NCBI GenBank assembly: GCA_030704615.1
Contig: CM060734.1
Coordinates: 18,104,001-18,168,000, forward strand
Length of the DNA: 64,000 bases
Direction: 5' to 3'
Source of the DNA: Takakia lepidozioides
Taxonomy: Eukaryota > Plantae > Bryophyta
Part shown: positions 1 through 11,618 of the stretch, piece after piece
Numbering within the stretch: position 1 is the first letter of the stretch
Layout: every line of letters begins with the position of its first letter
Made by a program: the position numbers and the translations under genes
The notes under the pieces: model-generated
What the model was told of the DNA's origin: nothing
The model's database searches: none
What the model saw: the letters and a program-made list of their open reading frames with translations, nothing else

Positions 1-2988
1 GCAAACAAAGCCAACAAGTCAGGACCATCGGAAGCAGAAGCAGGCTGGGAGGAAGCTATAGCTAGCAGGCGCTTAGCTAAATCATCAAGAGAGGTATAAG
101 GTTCAGGAGACTTAATCTCGCCTCTAGTGAGAGCATCAGCGTTAGTGTTAGCTTTGCCCTTCTTGTATTGAATGTCATATTCAAACATCTGTAGCGTAAG
201 GGACCAGAGAGCAAGACAACCAGATAACTCATGGGGTGTCTTCAAGGCCTTGAGCGGAAGATGATCAGTTTGAACTACAAAAGGACACCCATGTAAGTAC
301 TGGCGAAAATGCTTAACTCCAAAAATCACAGCAAGTCCTTCTTTATCGGTAATACTGTAATTCTTTTCATGCTTATCAAGATGCCTAGAAGCATAGGCCA
401 CAACATGCTCTCAACCTTCTCGCTTTTGACACAAGATGGCAGAGACAGCCAGGTCAGAAGCATCTGTCTGCAGGATGAAGGGCTGGGAAAAATCGGGAAA
501 AACCAGAATGGGTGCACTAGTAAGAGATTCAAAGGTAGAGACTTGAGACTTACCCCAAATGAAACGAACGTCCTTGCATAATAACTGAGTGAGTGTAGCA
601 GCAATGTTAGCGAAGTGCTTAATGAACCTACGGTAGTAAGAAGCTAACCCAAGAAAGGCACGGATACAATTCTTGTCGCAAGGAGTGGGATATTCCCAGA
701 CAGCTCGAACTTTGGCTAGGTCAGGACTAATGCCAACAGCAGAGAGGAGATGACCAAGGAAGTGGAGCTCGGTCATGCAAAAGTCACACTTTTTGGCCAT
801 GACTTTGAGTCTAGCACCTCGTAATCTGCAGAGCACCTGCTTAAGATCGAGCATGTGCGGTTCAAAGTCAGTAGAATACACATTGATATCATCAACATAT
901 ACTAAAGCACATTCCCATCGTAAGTTACCAAGCACAACGTCCATGAGGCGCTGAAAGGTGGCAGTAGCATTGCAAAGGCCAAATGGCATAGTCTCAAATT
1001 GAAAAAAACCCATTTTGCAAGTAAAAGCTGTCTTTTCCTTAGCAGAGTCAGTGAGAGGTACTTGCCAAAACCCTGCAGCGAGATCCAAGGATGAAAACAA
1101 GGTAGCACCATTGAGCTGATCCAAGGTGTCATTTATGCGAGGCAAAGGATAAACATCATTTTCAGTGAGAGCATTGAGGCGGCAAAAATCAACACAAAAG
1201 CGGGTTGTACCATCCTTCTTGGCCACCAATACAATGGGGCTGGCCCATGGAGAGATAGAGAGCTTAATTATCCCTGCATCCAGCATCTTGGTCAGTTCTT
1301 CTTGCATGACAGTTCGCTCTTTGATACTTTCCCAGTAGGCATATTGTTTAACAGGACCTCCCTCAGTCACAATATCATGTTTGAGAACATCTGTCCTGCC
1401 CAGGTCATGGGAGCCAGCGCTAAAGACATCAAGATGTTCACGGAGGACAGTGTACAGGCGAGTTTTTTCATCCTCGGTGAGGCTGGGACCTATCCTAACC
1501 TCATGCAAGATGCGATCAAGATGAGCAGCTTGTTCAGTGGTGAGAGGGCTAACCTTGGGAGCGGCTGCTGACTGGGCCAGGAGAACTAAGTGATGAACGG
1601 GGTCATCAATCAGGCCAATATCACTGAAATTCAAGGCATGTTGTACCTCACCTAGTGCTGCCAAGGGAGCAGCAGTGATTCGGGCCAGGACCTGCCCTTT
1701 GCGAATGGTGATGGGTATGCACTCAGGATTAGCCACTAGTATGCGCAGCTCACCTTGAAAACCCCAATCCAAGACGCCAGAAGCAATGAGACAATGCTTT
1801 GAAAGCATTAGGCGTTGCCATCCTTCCACCTCAAGATAAGTGCCTTGGGGACATAGAAAGGTTAAGCCAAGGGAAACAATCCGTTGAGAAAAAGCAGGAA
1901 TAACAAAGTCTTCAGGGGTACGAAGGAGAGTAGTGTTCCTTGGGATGGTACCAGATACAAGGGAATCTGCCATTGGTAAACGCTCGGAGGAGCAGTCTTG
2001 GCAAAATTGAAGTACCTGGTCCAATTGAACTGCTCACCAGCATGTCATCTGGCTTCAGCAACTAGCACACGCATATGAGAGAGATGGGCAATGGCACAGC
2101 CCACCGGCAAGGAAGCAGAATTCAGATTGACCTTGTGAGCTGGAGAAGATCCGTTAGCTAGTCACATGATATTTTCAACGACATCTATTTTGGCTCTTGC
2201 AGCACACATCCAGTCCAACCCCAGTAGTAGTTGTTCCCCAATGGTAACAATACAGGTGAGGGTGACAGATTTGCGACTTATCTTAACAGGGATGGTGACC
2301 AAACCAAGTGGCTCATAGCGGGTGCCATCTGCAATGGTCACCTGTAGACCTGTGGCAGGAGTCAGCTTTAAACCAAGCAAACGAACCACATAAAAAGGGC
2401 ACAGCCAACATCGTGCAGAGTATCCACGACACAAGGGAGAGATGCCCTATGTGGCATTGTGTCATGAGGGGATGTACTGTATCTCGTCTGAGTTTCATGT
2501 TGGCTTCACAATGCATCAACTTGAAGTCATTTGACAACATCACAGAGATAACAGAGTCACCTGGGGAAGGGTTTGGTTCTTGGGATCGCTCGGCCCTTTC
2601 ACAGACGATCGGCCTCGTTTAAAGGTTGTTTCCCCTTTTGTTCACATTGTGCCCTTTTGTATTCTTCTATCATGCCTGGAACAAGATCTGCATAGGTGCA
2701 AAATCGGGTCCAACGATCAAGTGACCCACAAATGAAGCAGGGCACACGCTTATCTTTGACCTCATATTTCGTACCAGTGTGGGTGTGGCCACGATAGGAC
2801 TCGGAAGGGGAAGACTTGGTGGGTGATGATCGCTAGGAGCCTTCCGTCCGAACAGCCTGAAGCTGCGTGTGGAGTTCTTGCTGTAGGCTTTTTACCTCCT
2901 CCAGTAATGTGGAAGGTAGCTTTGCAGATCTACCCTTAGGCCCAACAACCCCATGAGAACATTCGGAAGTATGTTGCAGGGCAGTATG
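1..2988 (-). mobile_element. Degenerate Ty3/Gypsy LTR retrotransposon internal region (gag zinc knuckle, protease, dUTPase-like domain, RT, RNase H); continues past the window start and is cut at 2988 by another element
   Basis: Minus strand: CFICGSLDRWTRFC knuckle (~2700-2745); retropepsin segment (ORF 2162-2434, LLLGLDW); RT motifs SPWASPIVLV, YPLPRI, YVDDI; RNase H FILQTDAS and VVAYASR..NYS..EGLA..TDH..ADAL (~130-480). Confidence 0.92.
411..2024 (-). pseudogene. pol fragment: dUTPase-like domain + reverse transcriptase + start of RNase H
   Basis: 537-aa ORF; residues ~37-117 resemble the dUTPase fold (SGVLDWGFQGELRILVAN...IRKGQVLARI); canonical Gypsy RT follows; premature stop within RNase H. 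Confidence 0.85.
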
Positions 2989-3709
2989 TGTCGCGCACTT
3001 CAATTCGGTAAACTCCCCCTCAAGTCATAGTTTCTCGCTTTGATGCACGCGCCTAACTCCCAAACTAGCCGCCGGGCCAACGAGCTTCGGCTGCTCACCG
3101 GGGCATAACGGTCCCCCTCACACTCCCACTTGACCCTTGACCTGTTGGGCTCAGTGGAAATTCCCTTTGGTAGTTGGCAGTCCGGAACAGCTCCCCGCAC
3201 CTTGGTTGCTTTCCGGCTCGCACGCTTACTCACTAGTTTTTGGTCACCAACGGGCTTGCACCGTTCTCGGGGTTACTACTCCATATATATGCTTCTGTAG
3301 GTGTCTGCGGGGGTTCCACAAGTAGCCAAGTCCAAATCTGGTGCACCACCACTTAGACCCTCAACCTTCCTCGGTGAGTCACGGTGAGTCTTGGCCCACC
3401 CACCACGGCCCCAATGGACCGCGGTGCGTCCCAAGACTTCCCATGACTCCCACCACAAGGCCTCAGCCTCATGGTGAGTGCTATGCCACCCCCACTACGA
3501 CTCTCTACGCTACCACCACCCCCCGTGGAGCCCCCACCACCGCAACCCGGTTTGCGGGGCTCCACCTAGTGAGCGCCTCCGCCTCCTTGAGTGCCCTTGG
3601 CACTCAAGGGTGCTTCAGCCCCCTTTCCTATTCGCTGCCACTGCACCCACCACAGGGGCAGCCCCTCTTGTGTCCCGACCCCCCGCCCTCAAGGTAAAGG
3701 GCCGCGACA
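2989..3709 (-). repeat. 3' LTR of chromodomain Gypsy element (~720 bp)
   Basis: Inverted termini TGTCGCGG...GCGCGACA; purine-rich tract TGGTAGGGGTGTG immediately 5' (3710-3722); homologous to 27036-27526 and 34790-35515; flanked by CATAC (minus strand, 2984-2988). Confidence 0.9.
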
Positions 3710-5689
3710 CACACCCCTACCAATGAGGAGTCGATGTCCTCATCGACTTGTCCCATTTTTGTGGAAACTAACATCCAAGTTGTGGAGTCCCACATCAAGG
3801 AGTTTGTTTCCGTACCATGGCATCCCATGGCAAAGAACTAAACCCCCACTTGACTCTACTCTCCACTAGCTAGTTCGGCCGACTTCCTCCAAGTCTCGGC
3901 CAAGGGTGGAGCCTCTCAAACTCCACCCAGTGCACTCTTCTTGGCCCACTTCAAGGCCAAGAAACGATCCTCCGAGAGGATCAAATCGCTTTACTGCAAC
4001 AACATTGCTTGCGACCGCTCATGATGTCGCTTTTTGGCATCACCTTGAGCAAGAGTTCACCTTGAACCCTTTTTTACTAGGAAGATAACCTTGAACCAAC
4101 AATGCGCCCCAATCACTACAATTGGGTCGGCCTTGGAATGCTGGCTTGAGGTACGGGAACACGCCGAAGCCGCACTACGACTTCGTCTCGAGGCTACACG
4201 ATTATAGTACGTGAACGGAAGGAGGCAGCCTATACTATATGCGCACACAAATGCATGTATATGGAGGAATGTATGCGTGCATACAAATTTTAGATATGTA
4301 TAGGAACAATTTTATATGCACAACACTTAAATAAGGGTACCAAAAAAATAAAAAAATAAAATGTGATTCATCTAATCTTAGGGTCCATAGTCAAAATATC
4401 AAATGATGGAATAAGAATATTCCATATTCATTGTATTATTTATTCCATATGGGTGAGTGTAGGAATGGGAGAGGAACATGTTGCTTTTATGGCTTTCCAA
4501 CATGAGAAAAAAGGTCGAAAAATTAAAAAGTGATGAGGCACGGCTCCTTGTTAGATACAAATGATGAAGGTACGGGCTCTTCCAATGGTGGGAGTCTAGT
4601 TTGAAGTTCAGAATGGAGCAATGCTCAGGGAATGCTAGGGAGTTTGACAATGTGATGGAGATGGTCCGCCTGCGCATTTGGGTAGTAAATGGCGATGGCC
4701 CGCAAGGGAATTCAATTTTACAAAAAAGACTATTGATTGGTAATCGAACCCGCAATCTCATAACTTTAAAAACATAATCCTTACCAAACCACCACCCATT
4801 TAATCTTGTTACATAGGTTTTGCAGTATCTATATATCTATCTTCTGAAACATTTTTATTTTACAAAAACATAATGTCCATCAGAGATAGAACCCACAACC
4901 TATCGGGTATCGAGCCTAATTCATACCACTACACTACCCATTCAGACTTGAAACTCTAATGAAATGAAACACTAATGAGATAAAGATAGTCACCTTGTGT
5001 GTACATAACATGCCACAATACTCATAAGGGTTGATCCTACTAATGATGAAATTTGATAGTGCTGAAGTGTATGTCGAACTTGCATTCAGATAAAGGGATC
5101 TATGAAATGCAGTAGAGATCTATGTACAAACTATTACATAGATAAATCAAATGACAGGAAGATAACATGAAATCTGATTTCAACACCGTGTCATTTGCCC
5201 CATTTGTTTTACCTTACACTAGAGAGAAATACATGTATCATAAAAAATAACCAAAAATTCGGACTGACAATGAGGACAATGTATTGTATATGTAATTTCT
5301 AATTACCTACATAACATCATCAGTTGATACTTCATCATCCGTGTCATAAGCATGTGATTCAGAGGCATACACATCCATGAAAGCCTCAACTCTACGCAAC
5401 CTATCCACGGATTGTCCAACAATAGCTGCTCTTCGGTCAAACAACAGATCATTGGAAAGACCTACATCACGTTGTTGATGTATTGAATGCAAAGTTTGGG
5501 ACTCGGCATACGAAGGTAGATAAAATGATGAAAGAGGACTTTGGGGTAGACTATCGTAGATGGTCCGCACAATCCCATCACTTCATCACATATACATGTA
5601 TACTTATGTTAACAAATCAAATGGGAATGGTTTGCTTTGCAAATAATATAGAGATTGCAACAAAGGGAATGGAGCCGAGACATACTCAC

Positions 5690-8600
5690 TAGGAAGTATT
5701 GCCGAGATGAAGACCAAGCTTGCACGCCACTTTAGGAGCGGGGGGTTCCAACAAACTCACATGACGTTGAATGGTTGGAGTTACCACAGATGAAACCAAA
5801 ACAGGTTGAGTATTTTGAAGTGTAGAGAGACGTGCTGCATACAACGTCTGGTCCCCCTCAAGACCAAATACGTAACATCCAGACTCGCGGGCAGCAATAA
5901 ATGTAGAACCTGCAGGAAAAAAACATGCAATGGTGATATTATATCGGATAACAGTTAATGATCATGAATCAGCTCAGAAGATTTTAATTACAAAATGGAG
6001 ACCAATGCAAACTTGTGCCAGCTGTGAGATCCAAAATGCGGGAGCCAGGAGGTGAGCATGTCTCCAACAACACTTGCATGAAGGCGAGACTACGGTCTCG
6101 TGCACCCCTCCAGGCTTGTTGAGGAGTTTGCATGGGTAGTGCAACATCTGGAATGTGGTTGTAGATGGCATCCACTCAACAGGGTCTGCAAGGGGGTCCA
6201 CAACTTTGCCAACTCATGCAGTTTGAATAGTCCTCCTTGCTTGGTGAGGACATGGGCGTGGAAGAACATGGTCTGTTAGACGTGCCATTTCCACAAAAAC
6301 ATTGCACCCGGATGGCTTAATAATATGTATGAGAGTAGGAAGATGAACATCAACAATGAGATATTGAAGAGGGATGATTTTTACCTTTCATGTCTAAGTG
6401 TGTAGAGGGGTGGTATTGATGCAAGTATATTTCCTTGATACGGAAATAGAGTTGCCCCTGGAGTAAGAAAAGAGCTCCAATGCAAAGGAATCATCGGAGC
6501 CCTGCAAGAACACCAAGCATCCATTGTCATCCAACAGGTCATTAGCAATGGAGAATGCATACTCCCAATACCGTTTATCAAAAGCATTCCAGGGAGGAAC
6601 CTGTACACCATCCAAACAGCCCTGTACAGGCATTCCTGTTGGGCAGTCCACGATGATCATGTCCACAGCCACAGACACGTTTTTCCATCCACAACACTAG
6701 ACCAAGTTCTGGCAACTGCAAACAAATACAGAAATGTAGGAGTCAATAGCGGATGATGAGGATATAAAACATCGAAGAATTCCTTACATTAAGTTTGTTT
6801 TGTTGGGAAACTCACATTTTTTAAGAACTCATGAGCTCTTTCAAGGTCGCATCAGGAGATGTTACTTGAGGCCTCCACCATATCAATGAATGAGTAGGCA
6901 TGATCTACATGCGATACATGCTAGGTGCACCACCAGAAAATGACATGCACTGTAAGGATGTTCGCCTTGCCTTGGTTGTTTCCTCGAGTAGTAGGTGCAG
7001 GCACTACAACCAACTGATTTGAAGGATGTGAAGAACTACCAATAGGACCAGCAATAGAAGCCCAAACCTGCATTGACATCCGACCTTTTCTTTTCGTGAT
7101 TGCGTTTTGGTACACCCACAACGGCAGGGACCACTTGGGCTACGCGTCAGCGGCCTATGTAGCAATCTATTCTGCATGCTCCAGATCAAGAACAGGGACT
7201 TCAGTGGAGATACCCCCTTCATCACTCACTGACTGCCTGCGAACACATTCCTTATGAAGTCCCATTTCTGCATAGGGGATAGTACCTTGGGCATATCCAA
7301 ATACCAAACCCCCCCCCCCCCCCCTTCCCGGTGTTCCAGACCCCATCTTCCTCAATTGCAGGTGTGTACATGGAAGCTTGTTGAGCACAAAACTTCCAGG
7401 CCATCAGAAACTTGGGCTCAGCCTTAAGTCGATCACTCGGTACAAGCACAAATCTCATGTACCTAAAATACAAACACATTCAAAGTTATTGTGGAGACAA
7501 ATATTTATGCAACCTGTCAACATTGAACAAGCACATTAAGAAATATGTATATCCCAATGTACTAGAAAAATACTTGAGCATAGACATTTTTGACTTACAA
7601 GGTGTATACACTATCCATGTACAATGCAATGGAAAGATGGTACCTGAATAAAATCAGTCTCACCACCTTCTCCCCACCTGTTGTTGTTCCCAATCATTGC
7701 CCTGAATGGCCCCTTTGGCAATGAGAACTCTCTATGAAACAACTCATTGAAATGAGTCATCTTCCATGTATCCATGTAGTCTCCCAGACTCTCACTTACC
7801 TTCCTCAAGGCAACATGAAATTGGCCAAGCTGAGTGGTGTACAAGGCAAACTGAGCCAAGGCAACCTTGTGAAGCTGCCAGAAAATACAGTCAGGTAAAT
7901 AACTATGTTAATGTGTCATCAACAAAATGAATTAATTGCATGAGAAGATAGTGATTGTATATGTACCTGCCACCAAAAGTCCTTCTATTCAGCCAAGGAT
8001 CAAGTGTTGGCCCACTTGATAGGCCCGGTGGAAAAAATTACGGTCGTGAAGTGTTTGGTCTCCATTCCATATATGAGCCATTCTTTCCACCTTTCTTCAG
8101 GATCCACAACCCGGCATTCGGTAGCAATGTTCACCATTTCTCTTGGGTCATTCCTAAGATCTGCCTTTACACGTGACCAATGCAGTTTAAGTTCTTGGAG
8201 AAAAACCCTCTCCAAGGGTTGGATCAGCAATAGGAAGCAACTTCACAAGCTGACTCTTGTGTTGCCCTTGCTTTCAAATCAGCCTGTCTCATTGTATCTT
8301 CAAGGCCCTCTTGACTCTTTGGCCCCTCAGCAAGTTTGTAACGCCATGCGTTGGGCCTGACAATATCATGCTGCCAAAAGAACCAAAACAGTTCATAACA
8401 TGAAACCAGAGGTGAATCTTGTCTATGGATGCAAAGAATGAAACTTGGTTAAGACATGATGTTACCTTTACAAAATCTCTGTCATTGCATGGACTGTCAG
8501 GGTTATACCAAGTCTTCCTGCTTCTTGATGCATTCGTCGTATTGCTCTTTCCTCAATAATCTTCCATTCAGAGACAGGTGTAAGGCCAATCATATTGACC

Positions 8601-10902
8601 TTGCAAACCAAGTGCCACACATTTGGATGTAACATGTGCCCTCTTGTTGCCCGCACATATAAAATATGATATTAGAAAGAAGATGTGTATATGTACATCC
8701 ATTGAGCAGAACATGAAAACATTGAACATGAAAGTAATGAAGAATAGAAAGGAAACTCACACATTCACTCCATCCATGATGGACGTGAGGGAACCAAGAT
8801 TTTCAATGTCCGCATTGAGCACCCAACTTGTCACACAGACAGTCTTGACAAGTTGGCCCCATGAACTTCATTGATATAGGGATACCATGCTTGAAGCCTA
8901 TGATTCCCATCCCAGACATGAAAACATCTCCCCCGAAGATGATGCAACTTTGGCTTGGACTCAAGATACTTCTCAAACTCATCATTGACTGTTTTCCAAT
9001 GACTATCCCATGTAGAGATGATATCAGGACCTACATCTATAGTAGATCCATCAATCCCCTCAACAGAAACATAGAACAACGGCTGCTCCTGGATGGTATC
9101 CAAAATAGAAGTCTCCTCTAAGCTTTAGGATGTCGTTGGCAAGGGCGGCCTAACAACCTGCATAGAAAATCATGCGACACAATGGATGTCCATTAACTCC
9201 ATCCTCAATGAGGAGGGACCTGGAAAGTTACATTTAGATTTGTTTCTTTTCCAGAATAATGCCTGTTTGGCATCTAGAGAAGAGGATCACTAGATTTCTA
9301 TCCTCTCATACTATCTGCCCCCCAATTCCCTGCATCAATGTCGTCAATAATGGTTGCAAGTATCCCGGCTCCACAGCTTCAGTTGTAGTAGTAATTACTA
9401 ATTCAATAGACCAAAACAGTCAAGAGTCAATGTATGAGAAGAGCACATGTGTGATGTATAATATGTAAAAAGAGCAGTTCAGTGTCATGGTTGCATGAGA
9501 AAACAAATGGAAATTTGGATAGTCAACTAATTCCATGAATATCCTTGTCTTTCAAAGCTTACAACTTGGAGCAGAATAAAGGCGGCTGAGCATCCTGACA
9601 GAGGACCTCTCCGACCACCTACGCCGGCGCATATGACACTATGTGCAAACAACTCAAAATTGACAAGATTGAGGCCTTGAATAATTTTGCTCAAGGAGCT
9701 CCAAGCATATGCGCCGGCGCTACCATGGAAGGGAGGTTGTAGCCAAACATACAGGAGCACTTGAATGAAAGATCAAATAGGCTATGGAAGCATGTGGAGT
9801 TATGGAGGTGGCAAACGTAGAAGCTTGAGATACTTGAATACTGTGATCAACCAAAATAGGGAAGGTTTCCCAAGGTCTGCGCCGGACGAGGGGTGGCAGC
9901 CTCGACACTTTGGAGCTTACATAAACACAAGGAATATACAACAAAAAACCAAGCTCCAAGCATCATCCGCCGGCGGAGATGCTTGCATTGTTGAGGTTCC
10001 TGAAACCTAGGAGCTCAGCAGAAAAAGATTGTGCTCAATGGGTATGCGCCGGCGGATATGGCAGCACAGCCCGCTCGGAGCATCAACAACTTATGAGAAT
10101 GCGGAGAAACAAAAGAGATGGAAGGGGGGAGAACTTCCTGAAATATGTGAGCAGCCCTGCTGCACAGGTCTGCGTTGACAAAGGTGGCAGCCTTGGCGCT
10201 TTGGAGCTTCCGTAACACAGGGAATATGCAAAAAAAAATGAAGCTCCAAGTGTCTCCGCCGGCGGAAACACTTGCAGGAGGTTTCTGAAACCTATGAGCT
10301 GAGCAAAAAAAAATGTACTCAATGGGTATGCGCCGGCGGATATGCCAGCGCAGCCCGCTCGAAGCAATCAACAACTTTTGAGCATGCGGAAAAAACAAAG
10401 GAGATGGAAAATGGGAGAACTTCCTGAAACATTTGAGCAGCCCTGTTGCACAGGTATGCACCGGCGGATACGCCAGCCCAACCCGCTCGGAGCATCAGCA
10501 ACGTATGAGCATGCAAAAAAATAAACGGGATGGGAGTAGAGGAGCACTTCTTGAAACATGTGAGCATCCCAGCTCCAACGGTATGCACCGGCGGAGGTGG
10601 CAGCCCAGCCCTTCCAAGCATCAGAAAAAACCAAGGGGAATGAGTTGTCTCCGCCGGCGGAGACGGTTGTGTGTATGTGTGGAGATTCGCAAATTTGTGA
10701 GAGTTGAAGTGACTTAGGCATCTGCGCCGGCGGAGGTGCTAAATTAGGAACGGCTTGGTGGGGCTTATGCGATGGCGCATATGCCTAAGTGCAGGTCATG
10801 AAAAAAAACAAAACTACAACTTACCTTCTCCGTCCTCAGCTTGCCTCTACCACCACCACCACCAGCAACGCCTCCCCCTCGAATGTCCTTCTTCCTCCCC
10901 AT
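5690..10902 (-). pseudogene. Multi-exon transposon cargo gene: ParB/Sulfiredoxin-like domain + unknown middle region + beta-class DNA amino-methyltransferase (N4mC/N6mA)-like domain; frameshifted; boundaries approximate
   Basis: Putative exon 1 MGRKKD..TEK|GT (10825-10902); VWDGNHRLQAW (DGNHR at 8897-8911); VDMIIVDCPTG (motif IV-like, DCPT at 6637-6648) with LLDDNGCLVF; RSLAFMQVLLETCSPPGSRILDLTAGT|.STFIAARESGCYVFGLEGD (motifs X-I-II across a GT-AG intron ~5910-6012); exon homology with 30763-34150. Confidence 0.75.
9620..10740. repeat. Array of ~11 palindromic T(G/C)CGCCGGCGGA-type motifs within degenerate tandem repeats (putative first intron of the cargo gene)
   Basis: Copies near 9622, 9711, 9878, 9966, 10045, 10255, 10329, 10458, 10584, 10650 and 10723. 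Confidence 0.8.
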
Positions 10903-11618
10903 CGCCGCAATAGCTCGTTGCCTCGGGGTGGTATAGTATAAGGCTAAGGCCTTAAAAAGGCCAAATTGGCCAAATCTGAAATGTGAACCTTTTTTATACA
11001 CTCTGGCGTTAGTGCTTTTGGACTACATGGGTTACACGTGGATCCTCAGAAGGTGGTTGTACGATTGACATGTTACTTTGTGGCGGCACCTTCATAATAC
11101 AATATAAAGTAAGTGATAAAGTAACTAAATATTTTGTTATGGGTGTCTTAATCAATTTATTGGTTTTAGAGTCAATTGTCGCCACAAATACTTGTACTCA
11201 TTACTCATACATGAGTAATCAAAGAACAAATCAACATACATGTCATGGGATTTGATTGTAAATAAATTGTGTCGTCTAGTGTGTCAGTTCATAGTTGGAC
11301 GATTAATCAACGATTGGTTGTAAAATAAATGGAAACATGCAGAGCATTTATGTTTCATATGCTCATAAGAAGAAGGCAGTACATTGGATTCTAAGATCTC
11401 AACAACGGCGCCGTCGTCTTAAAAATAGGGGATAGTCCATTTAGTTGTTTCTGTCAGAGAATAATATGGATGGAGCACATGCCTCAAAAATTTTGGACCT
11501 TCTGGATTGATGATACACATAAGTAATGTAAGCCATTTAATGTATTTGCATAAGGTCTTGCAAGATGTGCGCTTTCATTCATTTTGCATCTTCTCTCAAA
11601 CTTTGAGGGCATTGCCAA

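Noticed and set aside
3000-4250. Short ORFs in LTR/3' UTR (also 27048-27544 and 34596-35354)
   Set aside because: GC-rich LTR sequence; frames not conserved between copies
5690-10902. Bacterial or phage contamination explaining the ParB-MTase gene
   Set aside because: The gene has GT-AG introns and lies inside a TSD-bounded element nested in a plant retrotransposon
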